Below, piece by piece: positions 1 through 13,248 of a stretch of 64,000 nucleotides of DNA (its first letter is position 1; the number at the start of each line of letters is the position of its first letter). The stretch spans positions 160,001 to 224,000 of the forward strand of contig CAVZSQ010000017.1 in the NCBI GenBank assembly GCA_963777955.1, given 5' to 3'. The position numbers and the translations under genes are program-made. The notes below the pieces were generated by a model. The model made no database searches, was not told the DNA's origin, and saw only the letters and a list, made by a program, of their open reading frames with translations. This DNA comes from Calditrichia bacterium (GTDB lineage: Bacteria; Calditrichota; Calditrichia; JAJRVZ01).

Positions 1-240
1 TTTTTTTTACTTAAAAATCCGGTTTATTCACCGCTACTCTTTAGATGTAAACAACCTCCTGTCAGTATTTTTAGGGGGGTAACAACATAAATTACAGCAC
101 TTATAAATGTTATTAACATACTAGCTCAGATAAATACTACAACTATATTATATTTCAATTATTTATATACTATAATTTATCTTGAAATAGAGTGATCTTT
201 TCAGTAATTTTACCTGTTTATCTACCCGTTCGGAGGACAT
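1..240. other. Possible part of oriC (AT-rich intergenic region upstream of dnaN)
   Basis: One-mismatch DnaA-box-like TTATTCACC (24-32) and TTATTAACA (110-118), trio-like TAC TAC AAC TAT (135-146), then an AT-rich stretch. dnaA is not in the window. Confidence 0.35.
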
Positions 241-1356
241 ATGCATCTAACCGTTTCAAGAGACAATCTCTACAAAGCACTACAAAAAATAATCAATGTA
301 ATTCCCAGTAAAACTACTATCGATATCCTGTATAATGTTCTGATCAGTACCGAAAATAACAAGTTGAAAATGGTCGCTACCGATCTGGAAATAACTCAGA
401 TTTCCTGGTGTGATTGTAAAGTTGTCAAAAGTGGATCCGTGGTTGTCCCGGGTAAACTGTTAGCCGATATTTTGCGTGAAATGTCCAATACCGATCTGGA
501 ATTTGTCAAAGAAAATGATGCGAAGATTGTGCTGAGTTCATCCTTTGGCGAATATAAAATATCCGGTCAGGATGTAAATGACTTTCCCAGCACCCCCTCG
601 CTGGAATCACAGGAAACGGTGAAAATTAAAAAAGAAAATTTCCGCCGGATGATCGAAAAAACTCTGTTTGCCTGTTCGTCCGATAATTTAAGACCGGCTT
701 TGACCGGAGTTTTCTGCCAGATATTCAATGATCATATCCGCATGGTTGCTACTGACGGCCATCGACTGGTAAAAATTTCCAATAAGGATTTCCATTCAAA
801 AAATCTGCAGCGCGATATTATCATTCCGACCAGAGCTCTGAATCTGGTGGCCAGAAATTTGAACGATGACGGACAGCAGGAAATCATTATCGGTAAAAAC
901 CATGTGCAGTTTAAATTCGATGATACCTTTTTGTTCTCGCGAATTATCAGTGAACCTTATCCCGACTATGAACGGGTCATCCCGGACAAGAACAGCAAAG
1001 AAATAATTGTCGATCGTGACACACTGATCGCGGCCGTCAAACGCGTGTCACTCTTCTCCAATCCGATCAGTTACCAGGTGCGTTTGCACTTCGACAAAAA
1101 CAAAATTGATATCAATGCCCAGGATATAGATTTCGGGGGAGAGGCCCATGAAACCCTGGACTGTAAATATAATGCCTCCGAACTGGAAATTGCCTACAAT
1201 GCCAATTATCTGCTGGATGCACTGCGCCATATCGATACCAAAGAGGTGAAATTTGAACTGGAAACATCGGATGGACCAGGCCTGTTGTTCCCGGAGAAAC
1301 AGAGGGAGAAAGAAGAATTGCTGATGCTGGTGATGCCGGTGAGGTTGAGCAGCTAG
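241..1356 (+). CDS. dnaN: DNA polymerase III beta sliding clamp
   Basis: ATDLEI, RPALTGV, VATDGHRL, YPDYERVIP and C-terminal LVMPVR motifs; precedes recF-gyrB. Confidence 0.98.
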   Translation: MHLTVSRDNLYKALQKIINVIPSKTTIDILYNVLISTENNKLKMVATDLEITQISWCDCKVVKSGSVVVPGKLLADILREMSNTDLEFVKENDAKIVLSSSFGEYKISGQDVNDFPSTPSLESQETVKIKKENFRRMIEKTLFACSSDNLRPALTGVFCQIFNDHIRMVATDGHRLVKISNKDFHSKNLQRDIIIPTRALNLVARNLNDDGQQEIIIGKNHVQFKFDDTFLFSRIISEPYPDYERVIPDKNSKEIIVDRDTLIAAVKRVSLFSNPISYQVRLHFDKNKIDINAQDIDFGGEAHETLDCKYNASELEIAYNANYLLDALRHIDTKEVKFELETSDGPGLLFPEKQREKEELLMLVMPVRLSS

Positions 1357-1359
1357 TAG

Positions 1360-2475
1360 ATGTTCTTGAAGCACCTGAGTTTAAATAATTTTCGCCTTTT
1401 CCCTGCTGTCGAACTTGAATTTGACCAGGATGTTAATGTTTTGTCGGGCATGAACGGACAAGGCAAGACCTCCATTTTGGAAGCCATACATTATTTAGCA
1501 CTAACCAGGAGTTTCAGGGCCAGCGATGACTCTACTGCCATCAGGTTCAGCAATGATTATTTTGACATCAGCGCTCAGTTTTTTTTAAATCCGGCAGAAA
1601 AAAATGACGTAAGAATTTTCTATTCCAATGACCAGGGTAAAAACTACTTTGTCAACCAGAAAAAGGTCGTGACTTTCGCGGAAGTCATCGGCAGGTTCCC
1701 CTGTGTAATATCAACCGGTGATGATTTGAAGTTGATCTTTGGCGCACCGGCTGACCGCCGCAGATTCGTCGATATACTTTTAGCACAGACCAGTTCGCTG
1801 TATCTGCAGAATCTGAAAATATACCGGCGCATCCTGCAGCAGCGTAACGCTCTGTTGAATATGGCCAATCGCCAGACCATCCGCCGGCAAGTGGAGATCT
1901 GGAATAAACAGATCGCCAGTTATGGCACGCAGATAATCAGGCGCCGGCTTGACTTTGTGGATTTCCTGAACCGGAACCTGGGGGATTATTATTCTGGTTT
2001 TACACAACAAACAGAACAGGTACAGGTGATCTATAAAACCGATATACAGACACCGGGTGAAAGCGGTGATCCTGAGACTTTGGAGGATATATATCTGCGC
2101 AGGCTGGAAAAATTATTTGATGCTGAATGCGAAAAAAGGAGTACCCTGACCGGTCCCCACCGCGATGATCTGGAGTTCATTAAAAATGACCGGGCCGCCA
2201 GGCAGTTCTGCTCGCTGGGTGAAAGCAAAATGTTTACCCTTTGTTTGAAATTCTGCGAATGGAAATATTTACAGCAGCACAATGGACAGGAACCCATCAT
2301 GCTGCTGGATGATGTCTTCGGCGAACTGGACAGCGTCAAAGGAAAACGGATCCTGGTTCTGCTGCACGACATGGGCCAGGCGTTTATTACCACCACCGGG
2401 CAGATTGAGTTGCCCGGGAATCCGGCGGTCAAAAACTATGTCTGTAACAACCGGGAAGTGCATGCGTTACAATAA
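1360..2475 (+). CDS. recF: DNA replication and repair protein RecF
   Basis: Walker A GMNGQGKTSILEA, P.DRRRFVD, GPHRDDL, LLDDVFGELD. Confidence 0.97.
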   Translation: MFLKHLSLNNFRLFPAVELEFDQDVNVLSGMNGQGKTSILEAIHYLALTRSFRASDDSTAIRFSNDYFDISAQFFLNPAEKNDVRIFYSNDQGKNYFVNQKKVVTFAEVIGRFPCVISTGDDLKLIFGAPADRRRFVDILLAQTSSLYLQNLKIYRRILQQRNALLNMANRQTIRRQVEIWNKQIASYGTQIIRRRLDFVDFLNRNLGDYYSGFTQQTEQVQVIYKTDIQTPGESGDPETLEDIYLRRLEKLFDAECEKRSTLTGPHRDDLEFIKNDRAARQFCSLGESKMFTLCLKFCEWKYLQQHNGQEPIMLLDDVFGELDSVKGKRILVLLHDMGQAFITTTGQIELPGNPAVKNYVCNNREVHALQ

Positions 2476-2755
2476 AGATTTTATAGCTTTGAACAGTATT
2501 TTAAAAAATGTGCTGAGCAAACATGCTTTAAATGATCTCAGCATCGATGAGCGGTTATTCCATAACTGGCGGGAAATCGTGGGCCGGGAACTGGCGGAAT
2601 ATTTTATACCCAAATATCTGCAGGGCGGAATCCTTTACCTGCAGATACTAAAAACGGCAGGCAACAAGGAGCTGAAGTCGAAACAGAAGAATTTACTGCA
2701 CCTGCTAAATTCCGGCCAGGATCATCAGCCGGTCAAAGAGGTGAAATTTATTTAG
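2462..2755 (+). CDS. dciA: DUF721/DciA-family protein (97 aa from ATG 2462)
   Basis: Position between recF and gyrB; LFHNWREIVG...G.LYL...ELK...LL..LN...VKEVKF pattern. Confidence 0.75.
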   Translation: MRYNKDFIALNSILKNVLSKHALNDLSIDERLFHNWREIVGRELAEYFIPKYLQGGILYLQILKTAGNKELKSKQKNLLHLLNSGQDHQPVKEVKFI

Positions 2756-2764
2756 AGGGAGTAA

Positions 2765-4688
<1,924 letters not shown>

Positions 4689-4704
4689 CCTGCTAAGGAA
4701 TGTT

Positions 4705-7141
4705 ATGGCTACTGGTGAAAAAATTATACCGACCATGATCGAAGATGAGATGCGGAATTCGTATCTCGATTATTCCATGTCGGTCATCGTATCGCGGGCT
4801 TTGCCTGATGTGCGTGATGGGCTGAAACCGGTCCACCGCCGTATTTTATATGCTATGCGCGAGTTGGGCCTGGCCTACAACCGTCCGTATAAAAAAAGCG
4901 CCAGGATTGTCGGCGAGGTGCTGGGCAAATATCACCCTCATGGCGACACGGCGGTATATGATGCCATTGTACGCATGACCCAGGATTTTTCACTGCGTAA
5001 TCCGCTGATTGACGGCCAGGGAAATTTTGGTTCTGTGGACGGGGATTCCCCGGCGGCCATGCGCTACACCGAGATACGTCTGGCCCGGATCGCCGAAGAG
5101 ATGCTGCGCGACCTGGACAAGAATACAGTAAATTTTACGCCTAATTTTGATGATACCCTGAAAGAACCGTCCATACTTCCGGCCGCCCTGCCGAATATCC
5201 TGATCAACGGCTCGTCCGGAATTGCCGTCGGTATGGCCACCAATATACCCCCGCACAATTTAGCCGAAGTGGTGGATGGTATTCATGCGCTGATCGATCA
5301 GCCCGATCTGGAGGTCGCGAAATTATTAAAGTATATCAAAGGTCCCGACTTCCCTACCGGCGGAATTATTTTTGGTTATGAAGGGATAAAAGAAGCACTG
5401 CAGACCGGCCGCGGGCGCGTAATCGTCCGGGCGCGGGCCAATGTGGAAGTGACCCGCAACGGGCGTGAGAATATTATTATTACCGAAATACCGTACCAGG
5501 TCAACAAGGCCAATTTAATCGAAAAAATTGCCGAGCTGGTACAGGCAAAAAAAGTGGAAGGCATTTCGGATATCCGGGATGAATCGGACCGCGACGGTAT
5601 GCGGATTGTCATCGAGTTGAAGCGCGATGTCGATGCCAAGGCCGTGTTGAATTTTCTCTATAAGCACAGCCAGATGCAGGATACCTTCGGCATTATTATG
5701 CTGGCCCTGGTCAAAGGGCAACCGAAGGTATTAAATCTGAAAGAGATATTACAGAGTTATATCGATCATCGTCATGAAGTGGTGGTGCGCCGGACCAAAT
5801 TTGACCTGGATGAAGCGGAAAAACGCGCCCATATTTTAGAGGGACTTAAAATTGCACTGGACAATATCGATGAGATTATCGAGCTGATCAAGAAATCCAA
5901 GGATGTGGAAACAGCACAGCGCAATTTGATGAATAAATTCAAATTGTCCGAACTTCAGGCCAGGGCCATCCTGGAGATGCGCCTGCAGCGACTGACCGGT
6001 CTGGAACGGAAGAAGATCGAAGAAGAGTATCGTGAAGTTCTGAAATTGATTGAAAAGCTGAAAGCGATTCTGGCTAACCGCGGATTACGCATGCAGATCA
6101 TCAAGGATGAACTGAGCGAGATGAAAGAACGCTATGGGGACGAGCGTAAAACTGAAATTATCCGTGATTACCAGGACCTGACGGTCGAAGACATGATCGC
6201 CGAAGAGGATATGGTCATCACCATATCGCACCGCGGCAGTATCAAGAGGTTCCCGGTCAGCGGATACCGCCGGCAAAATCGCGGCGGTAAAGGATCCACC
6301 GGTGCCACCACCCGCGAGGAAGATTTTATCGAGCACATGTTTATCGCCAGCACGCATAATTATATTTTGTTCTTTACCGACAAGGGTCGCTGCTACTGGT
6401 TAAAGGTTCATGAAATTCCCCAGGCCGGCAAGGCTTCCAAGGGGCGCCCGATTGTGAATCTGATCGATATTGAAAAAGGGGAGAACATCCGGGCTTTTGT
6501 GGCGGTCAAGACTTTCGAAGATGAAGGATTCATTGTCTGCGCCACCAAGAAAGGTATCATTAAGAAGACTGAATTGAGCGCTTTCAGCCGGCCGCGTAAA
6601 GGGGGCATCCTGGCCATTACCATACGTGAAAAAGACGAGTTGATCGAGGCTAAACTTTCCGAAGGTAAAAATGACGTCATCCTGGTAACCCGCAACGGTT
6701 ATTCTATCCGTTTTAACGAACAGGAAGTGCGGGATATGGGCCGGACCGCTAGCCGGGGTCAAAGGGGTGACCCTGCGCAAAGATGATTGCGTCATCGGTA
6801 TGGTGATCGTGAAGAGAGAAGACACCTTGCTGACCGTTACTGAAAAAGGCATGGGCAAACGCAGTGATGTAAGTGATTACCGCAGGCAAAGCAGGGGCGG
6901 TAAAGGTATCATCGTGATGAAAATAAACGTCAAGACCGGTAAAGTGGTGAATGTTTTAAATGTGGTTGACAATGAGGATATCATCCTGATTACGGAAAAA
7001 GGGGTGGTGATGCGGCAGCATATTGCAAAAATTTCCGTAACCGGACGTAATACACAGGGAGTGCATTTAATCAAACTGTCCGGAAACGATAAACTCGGCG
7101 ATGTGGCCAAGATTGTCATGGGCGAAGAAGAGGAAGAATAA
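4705..7141 (+). CDS. gyrA: DNA gyrase subunit A (one extra base near 6752, probable sequencing error)
   Basis: [28 protein letters not shown], GyrA box QNRGGKG; C-terminal repeats continue in ORF 6767-7141. Confidence 0.97.
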
Positions 7142-7198
7142 TCCGGGTATATCCGGCCGGATTCATGATCCGTCGATAACTTACTGTCGGGGATAAAA

Positions 7199-7832
7199 AT
7201 GATGGAAAAAATTTCTGCAGCAACCATCAGCCGGTTATCACAGTATTACCGTACCCTGGACCGGCTTATCGAGCAAAAAATTCAGACTGTGTCATCGGAA
7301 GAAATTGCCGAGATCGATGGTGTCACTTCGGCGCAGGTACGCAAAGATCTATCCTTCTTCGGCTCTTTTGGCCGCCGGGGTCTGGGTTATAATACCGCCG
7401 ATCTGAAAAGTAATATCTCCGCCATCCTGGGTCTGGATAAAGTCTGGAATGTGGCCCTGGTCGGCATCGGTAATATCGGACGCGCCCTGGTCGATTACGG
7501 GGAATTCAAAAAACAGGGTTTTATAATAAAATTATTATTCGATAACGATGCCGAAAAAATAGGCAAATATATAAACGAGCTCACTATCCTGCCCTTCAGC
7601 GAAGCGGAAAACCAGTTTAAAATGACGGATATTCAGATTGCCATCGTGGCTGTCCCGGCCCGGGTGGCCCAGGCCGTGGTCAATACACTGGTTCAGTTGA
7701 ATATCAAGGCCATCCTAAATTTCGCCCCGATCAGTCTTAAAGTGCCGCCGGGAGTTCTGGTCAAAAACGAGAATATGTCGATCGAGTCTGGAATCCCTAT
7801 CCTATTATCTTAAAAGTAAGACCAGAAAATAA
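7199..7832 (+). CDS. rex: Redox-sensing transcriptional repressor Rex (one extra base near 7787)
   Basis: ATISRLSQYYR, QVRKDLSFFGSFGRRGLGY, VGIGNIGRAL, ILNFAP; corrected end IELESLSYYLKSKTRK. Confidence 0.93.
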
Positions 7833-7869
7833 AAAAGGCGTACTGTTCAGGAACATCAGTACGCCTTTT
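7833..7869. terminator. Bidirectional intrinsic terminator
   Basis: AAAAGGCGTACTG-loop-CAGTACGCCTTTT perfect stem with A/T tails between convergent genes. Confidence 0.85.
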
Positions 7870-7894
7870 AGACTGTTAATGCAGATACAATGTA

Positions 7895-8983
7895 CTATTG
7901 ATCCTGTAACTGTTTCGAGCGTTCCATGGCTTTCTCAGCTTCCACCCTTTTGCCCTGGCGGGCCAGCAGGAAAGCCCAGTTTTGCCAGATCGAAGACGAT
8001 TCGGGGAAACGCTGCAAACCTTCTTTCAGCAGGGCTTCGGCTTCAGGATACCTGCCGCGCTGCAGCAGCAGAGCGCTGAGCAGATCATAAGCGTCTTTTA
8101 AATCAGGATCGAGTTGTTGTGCTTTGGAGAAATAAATTATTGCTTCGTCATAGTAGGCATTCTTTTTAGCATCATCATCTTCTACGGCATTGGCCATCTT
8201 GTTTAAAAGCAGACCCAGATTGAAGGGGATGGCTCTTTCTTCCGGATTTTTTTCGATGGCAACTTTATAGGCGGCGATGGCTTCAGGTTTTTTGTCGCCA
8301 AAGTCAAGATTTTGAGCATACAGAGTCCAGGCTTCGACATCATCAGGTTCTATGTCGAGTCCTTTTTTAAAATTGTCAGCTGCTTTCAGGTAATCCTTTT
8401 GCTGATAGTAGTAGTAACCCAGGCCCATCCAGGCGACCAGAGTGTCGGGTGTTATTTTGGCGGCCTCTTCCAGGTACTTTAATTCATTGACCGGATCTTT
8501 CAGGTTTCCATAGGCGATGGCTATAAGCCGGGTAGCCGAAAAATCATTTTTGATTATTTTGGCTTTACTAAAATTTTCGATTACGGCGTTGAGTGATTTC
8601 AGCGCTGGTTCACTCTCGCGGTCTTCAATCTTGATAAAAGCATTATAGGCAGCTACTCCGGCATTATAAAAGTTGCCGAAATAGGTATTTTTCTCCAGTT
8701 CAATTTCATTCTGGAAAGTTTTGGCCAGGTTGAGGGACTTGGCAAAAGAGTCCATCATCTCCTGAACCATTCCTTTTTTACCTTGAATTTTGCCCAGGTA
8801 ATACCATGCTTCAGGATCAGTTGGTCCTGTTTGAGTGGCCTTAATCAAGAGCTCATAAGCCTGGTCATCCCGGCCGGCATTATAGTGAACTATAGCCCCT
8901 TCCACCTCCGGCCGCCGGCAGGAACTAAAAGTAAATGACAGATATAGTGTGATCAATAATCCTGCTAAATAAAATTTTTTCAT
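7895..8983 (-). CDS. Tetratricopeptide-repeat lipoprotein
   Basis: Signal peptide ending FSSC, multiple TPR units (PEAWYYLG, AWMGLGYYY, PFNLG). Confidence 0.85.
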   Translation of the reverse strand: MKKFYLAGLLITLYLSFTFSSCRRPEVEGAIVHYNAGRDDQAYELLIKATQTGPTDPEAWYYLGKIQGKKGMVQEMMDSFAKSLNLAKTFQNEIELEKNTYFGNFYNAGVAAYNAFIKIEDRESEPALKSLNAVIENFSKAKIIKNDFSATRLIAIAYGNLKDPVNELKYLEEAAKITPDTLVAWMGLGYYYYQQKDYLKAADNFKKGLDIEPDDVEAWTLYAQNLDFGDKKPEAIAAYKVAIEKNPEERAIPFNLGLLLNKMANAVEDDDAKKNAYYDEAIIYFSKAQQLDPDLKDAYDLLSALLLQRGRYPEAEALLKEGLQRFPESSSIWQNWAFLLARQGKRVEAEKAMERSKQLQDQ

Positions 8984-8999
8984 TTTTACTCCTCTAGTT

Positions 9000-10040
9000 T
9001 TATTTAAATAATTTCTTTATTTCGCCAGCCAGGGGTTGTTTTATAATCCCTTGATCGGTTATAATTCCGGTTAAAAACCGGGCCGGCGTGATATCAAAAG
9101 CCGGATTATATAGCCGTATGAACGGTAATAAGTTATTATTATAATCATAAAATTGCAAAATTTCTTTTCCGTTGCGTTCCTCGATGGGGATCTGTTTTCC
9201 GCCGGCGATGGCCAGGTCAAAAGTGGAAGCCGGAGCCGCAGCATAGCAGGGAATTTTATGAGCCCGGGCCAGGGTGGCCAGCGAATAGGAACCGATTTTA
9301 TTGGCCACATCACCGTTTCTGGCGATGCGATCCGCTCCGAATAAGACCAGGTCCACTTTATGCTGTTGCATTAAAAAACCGGCACAACTATCCACGATCA
9401 GCGTGCAGGGTATTTTGTTATGCAATAGTTCCCAGTAAGTCAAACGGGCACCCTGTCCCAGCGGCCGCGTTTCCGGGACGTAAACATGGATTTTATAGCC
9501 TTTTTCGACAGCCGCGTAGACAACACCCAGGGCAGTGCCCCAGCCGCCGGTGGCCAGACTTCCTGTATTGCAGTGGGTCAGGATGGTACACGGATTGGAA
9601 ACAAGTTGCAGACCATGTTCACCGATCCGCCTGCAAGACCGTTGGTCTTGCAGGTGAATTTCAAGCGCCTCGGCCCGCAGCAGTTTTCTGATATGGGAAA
9701 TATCGTGACCGTCAGGATTATTATAGATTTTCTTCATTCGATCGAGGGCATACCTGAGATTCACCGCAGTCGGACGGGTGGCCAGCAGTTGCCGGTAATT
9801 ATCATCCAGCTGTTTTTTAAACAGGTCATATCGAGCGGCTGTAACGGTTTTAGCAGCCAGGTACATACTATAGGCAGCCACAATACCCAGAGCCGGCGCA
9901 CCGCGTATTTTCAGTTTATTGATCGCCGTACAGGTTTGGTGAATGGAATTCAGTTTAATATATTCCAGACGGCGGGGCAAGCGGGTCTGATCGATGATGC
10001 TCAGTTTTTCTCTGGCGAACACAATGGCCGGGGTGTACAT
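9000..10040 (-). CDS. mtnA: S-methyl-5-thioribose-1-phosphate isomerase
   Basis: IDQTRLP, IRGAPALG, TRPTAVNL, LTHCNTGSLAT, ETRPLGQGARLT, GADRIARNGDVANKIG, NPAFDITP. Confidence 0.96.
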   Translation of the reverse strand: MYTPAIVFAREKLSIIDQTRLPRRLEYIKLNSIHQTCTAINKLKIRGAPALGIVAAYSMYLAAKTVTAARYDLFKKQLDDNYRQLLATRPTAVNLRYALDRMKKIYNNPDGHDISHIRKLLRAEALEIHLQDQRSCRRIGEHGLQLVSNPCTILTHCNTGSLATGGWGTALGVVYAAVEKGYKIHVYVPETRPLGQGARLTYWELLHNKIPCTLIVDSCAGFLMQQHKVDLVLFGADRIARNGDVANKIGSYSLATLARAHKIPCYAAAPASTFDLAIAGGKQIPIEERNGKEILQFYDYNNNLLPFIRLYNPAFDITPARFLTGIITDQGIIKQPLAGEIKKLFK

Positions 10041-10163
10041 AATTTCCTGAATTGTATTTTGAAATTATTAATACTTTAATATAATCAGAAAAAAAATTAA
10101 TTTAAAGCCTGACTGGTAATAATAACTACAGGATACTATTGCAGGAAAATCTAAAGAGGCGAG

Positions 10164-10961
10164 ATGAATAAAAAATTAATTCTTCTGTTAATTGTGATTT
10201 TTTACCGGCCGGCGGAGGCACAGCTGGACACCCTGGGTTTTTTTCAGAAAGTCCGGACACTCTATTATACGGTCGAATCATCCGGGCTGCAGAATTTTTC
10301 CATGTGGATCACCTCGGATTATTACCGCAGTAATACAGACAGCACCATCACGGCTCATGGCTACCCGTTGGAATTTATCTGGATGCGGCCCGACAGGATC
10401 TCCTTTATCAAAGGAGCCCTGAACAGACCGCCGGGAGCGGATTCCACGCAGGTCCTGCAGGTCGCGAAACTGCAACTGGATATGTACCACGAATTGAAGG
10501 GACTGTTTTACGACTGGTTGAGATTCTACGGCAGCGGAATCCTGGCCGATCTGCCGGCTCAATACGAGTTAGCGCTACAGCAGGATACCATTTTTATCAA
10601 ATATGAAACACAGGAACAGGGGCAGAAAATGCGGGTTTGCCTGTATTTTGGACAGAATGCCCTGTGTTTTAAACTGCACCTGGCCTATCTCGATTCGGGG
10701 CAGGAGATATACATCTATCCGGCTTTTACTTACCTGGGCAATAAATGGTTATGTTCAGGCTGGCAGGTGCAGCTTCTTGAAAAAGCGGAAGTGCAAAGCG
10801 GATTTAACGTCCAGATTTTTTCCGAAAAACTGGACAACTACTGGTTACCCAAAAAGATCACTATGCAACTGCAGACGAAACAGAGTGAGGCGGTGGTATA
10901 TACACGTGAATATTATATTGCCAACATAATGGTCAATCGCCCGATCGAAATGGTGGACTGA
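10164..10961 (+). CDS. Exported hypothetical protein (beta-rich C-terminal half)
   Basis: 265-aa ORF with RBS and Sec signal ending AEA-Q. Confidence 0.7.
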   Translation: MNKKLILLLIVIFYRPAEAQLDTLGFFQKVRTLYYTVESSGLQNFSMWITSDYYRSNTDSTITAHGYPLEFIWMRPDRISFIKGALNRPPGADSTQVLQVAKLQLDMYHELKGLFYDWLRFYGSGILADLPAQYELALQQDTIFIKYETQEQGQKMRVCLYFGQNALCFKLHLAYLDSGQEIYIYPAFTYLGNKWLCSGWQVQLLEKAEVQSGFNVQIFSEKLDNYWLPKKITMQLQTKQSEAVVYTREYYIANIMVNRPIEMVD

Positions 10962-10965
10962 GCGG

Positions 10966-11217
10966 TCAGGCCGACTGAATAATTTTTTTTAAATCGGCGA
11001 GTAATTTATCGGGAATTTTCTTTTCGCGGGCTTTTGCTTTCAGGAGCTCGCGTAATTTTTTTTCAAATTCTATTTTTTTATCACAGGGCAGACAATAATC
11101 GAGGTGCTGTTCCAGTAACACCAGATCGCTTTTGTCCAGCTCACCGTCAAGGTAGGAATGGAATTTCTTTTCGATGTCATTACAATTAAATTTAGTTTTC
11201 GGTTTAGGCTTGCGCAT
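10966..11217 (-). CDS. Zinc-binding anti-sigma factor (zf-HC2/ZAS, RsrA-like, soluble)
   Basis: C...YLDGEL...HLDYCLPC (HxxxCxxC), no TM segment, downstream of an ECF sigma. Confidence 0.88.
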   Translation of the reverse strand: MRKPKPKTKFNCNDIEKKFHSYLDGELDKSDLVLLEQHLDYCLPCDKKIEFEKKLRELLKAKAREKKIPDKLLADLKKIIQSA

Positions 11218-11273
11218 GGTCTGATCCTGCCGGTGAATAATTATTTTTGCATTGAAATTAAGTTAATATAATA

Positions 11274-11299
11274 AACATAATATACTTGTGAAATATTCC
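11274..11299 (-). promoter_or_regulatory. Candidate SigR/SigH-type promoter for the anti-sigma gene
   Basis: Minus strand GGAAT-N18-GTT, about 57 nt before the ATG. Confidence 0.55.
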
Positions 11300-11333
11300 A
11301 CGTAGTTGCATAAATTTTTTGCCTTTTTCCTGG

Positions 11334-11912
11334 CTAGTGTTCTCTTTCTTCCGGAACAATATAACCTTTTTTCTGAGCATAATTCCATAGTTGCTGCTGC
11401 AATAATTTCCGGCCGCGGAATAATCGCGACATGACCGTACCTAAAGGCGCACCGATAATGCTGGCTATTTCGTTATAGGAAAATCCTTCCACGTCGCAGA
11501 GCAGCACCACCAGACGGAATTGATAGGGTAAATTTTCCAGGGCGGACTTGACGTCGTCTTCAAAAAAATTCTCCAGAAAATCTTCCTTGGCCATTTCCTG
11601 TAAATGGACGCTGTCATCCAGTTTTTTATATAAATAAAATTCTTCCAGATCATCATAACTGACTTTTTGAGGTTGCCGGACGGCCTTGCGATAAGCGGTT
11701 ATATAGGTATTGACCAGAATACGAAATACCCAGGCGCGGAAATTGGTGTTTTTCTGATATTGATCCAGGGCGCGAAATGCCTTGTACAGGGAATCCTGCA
11801 CCAGATCCTCGGCATCATGCTGATTGTGGGTCATGCGCAGGGCGGTACTGTAAAGGGAATTAAGATGCGGTCTGACTAAACTTTCGAATTCTTGCTGTTT
11901 CTTCGTCGACAA
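11334..11912 (-). CDS. ECF sigma-70 factor (SigR/SigH-like), TTG start
   Basis: DAEDLVQD, TNFRAWVFRILVNTYI, DVEGFSYNEIA, PLGTVMSRLFRGR. Confidence 0.93.
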   Translation of the reverse strand: MSTKKQQEFESLVRPHLNSLYSTALRMTHNQHDAEDLVQDSLYKAFRALDQYQKNTNFRAWVFRILVNTYITAYRKAVRQPQKVSYDDLEEFYLYKKLDDSVHLQEMAKEDFLENFFEDDVKSALENLPYQFRLVVLLCDVEGFSYNEIASIIGAPLGTVMSRLFRGRKLLQQQLWNYAQKKGYIVPEEREH

Positions 11913-11965
11913 ATTATTCTCCTGCGCTGTACCATTATAAGATAAGAATATTTCCGTTCAATAAC

Positions 11966-13210
11966 TTACAAATTTTCTGCTGCGGAGCGGACATTTTCAA
12001 AACTGATTCTGAAAGTTGTTCCTTCCCCTAAACGAGTTTCCTTGATAAAAAGTTTCCCTTTATGATAATCTTCGATGATCCTTTTGGCTAAACTTAAGCC
12101 CAATCCCCAGCCGCGGGTCTTGGTGCTGAATCCGGGTTTAAACACATTCTGCTTATCGCGCGGATTGATCCCCTTGCCATTGTCTTTGACGTCGATATAA
12201 ACAAAGCGGCGGTCGGCAGACTGCCTGAGCGAGAGAATGATTTCACCATTCTGGCCTTCAATGGCATCCAGGGCATTCTTGATTAAATTTTCGATGACCC
12301 ATTCGAACAATTCACTATTTATGCTGATGGAAGCTTCGTATGTAAAATCTTCCCTGATGAATACTTTTTTATTCAGTTTGGGCAGACGCTTGCGGTAATA
12401 GATCACGGCATTACGCAGAATCGGTACGATGGGCCGCAATTTTACAGCGGGCCTGGAACCAATCTGCGAAAAACGGGAGGCAATTTTGGTAAGCCGCTTG
12501 GTATCAACTTCAATTTCCGGCAAGATCTGCTCTAATTTTTCCGGTTCTTCCTTGAGAATTTCTATCCAGCCATTGAGCGAAGATATGGGGGTGCCCAGTT
12601 GATGGGCAGTCTCCTTGGACATACCGACCCAGATATTGCGCTGTTCGCTTCTCTTGATCTGTGAAAAGCCGATGTAACCGATCAGCACGAAAAGCATAAA
12701 AGCGATAATTTCAATATATGGCAACCAGCGCAGTTTTTCGATTACCGGTGAAACGCCATAGTGGTAATAACCAAGTTTGAGGCCCTGATAGGTGATGGAA
12801 ATGGGCTGGTTTTCACGATCCATGTTTTTTACCCTGGCGGATAAAATTTCGATAGCCGGCGGGGTCAGAATACGCAGGGTATCCAGAGCGGAGCCCAGGT
12901 TTTTGCAAAATTGCGGTACCATCAGCGTATCGGTGTAGATGATGGGGTAGTCTGTTCCCTGAATTACCTCGGTAAAGAAAAATCCGAAATCCTGGTCAGT
13001 AGACGGACTGTTGATATTCTCCTCAAAAATGCGGATCCGGAAGCGCAGGTATTCGCGCGACTTTTCCTCGAGTATATTGACCAGGTGCTGGGTATAAAGC
13101 AGGAAAACGCCGATCAGGATCAGACCGAAGATGAATAAAAATCCTTTAAAACTTCCCTTCTGCCGGTACAGCTCTTTGTTATTTGATTTTTCCATATTTG
13201 TTACCATCAC
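11966..13210 (-). CDS. Membrane sensor histidine kinase
   Basis: Two TM segments, H-box KETAHQLGTP, ENLIKNALDA, DNGKG, GWGLGL. Confidence 0.92.
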   Translation of the reverse strand: MMVTNMEKSNNKELYRQKGSFKGFLFIFGLILIGVFLLYTQHLVNILEEKSREYLRFRIRIFEENINSPSTDQDFGFFFTEVIQGTDYPIIYTDTLMVPQFCKNLGSALDTLRILTPPAIEILSARVKNMDRENQPISITYQGLKLGYYHYGVSPVIEKLRWLPYIEIIAFMLFVLIGYIGFSQIKRSEQRNIWVGMSKETAHQLGTPISSLNGWIEILKEEPEKLEQILPEIEVDTKRLTKIASRFSQIGSRPAVKLRPIVPILRNAVIYYRKRLPKLNKKVFIREDFTYEASISINSELFEWVIENLIKNALDAIEGQNGEIILSLRQSADRRFVYIDVKDNGKGINPRDKQNVFKPGFSTKTRGWGLGLSLAKRIIEDYHKGKLFIKETRLGEGTTFRISFENVRSAAENL

Positions 13211-13248
13211 AATCGGGATTACCTGTAAGCGCTTTGGGACAAAGATAG

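Noticed and set aside
11286..11303. Rex operator (TTGTGAAATATTCCACGT)
   Set aside because: The right half-site has three mismatches to TTCACAA and the stretch is better explained as the ECF promoter on the other strand
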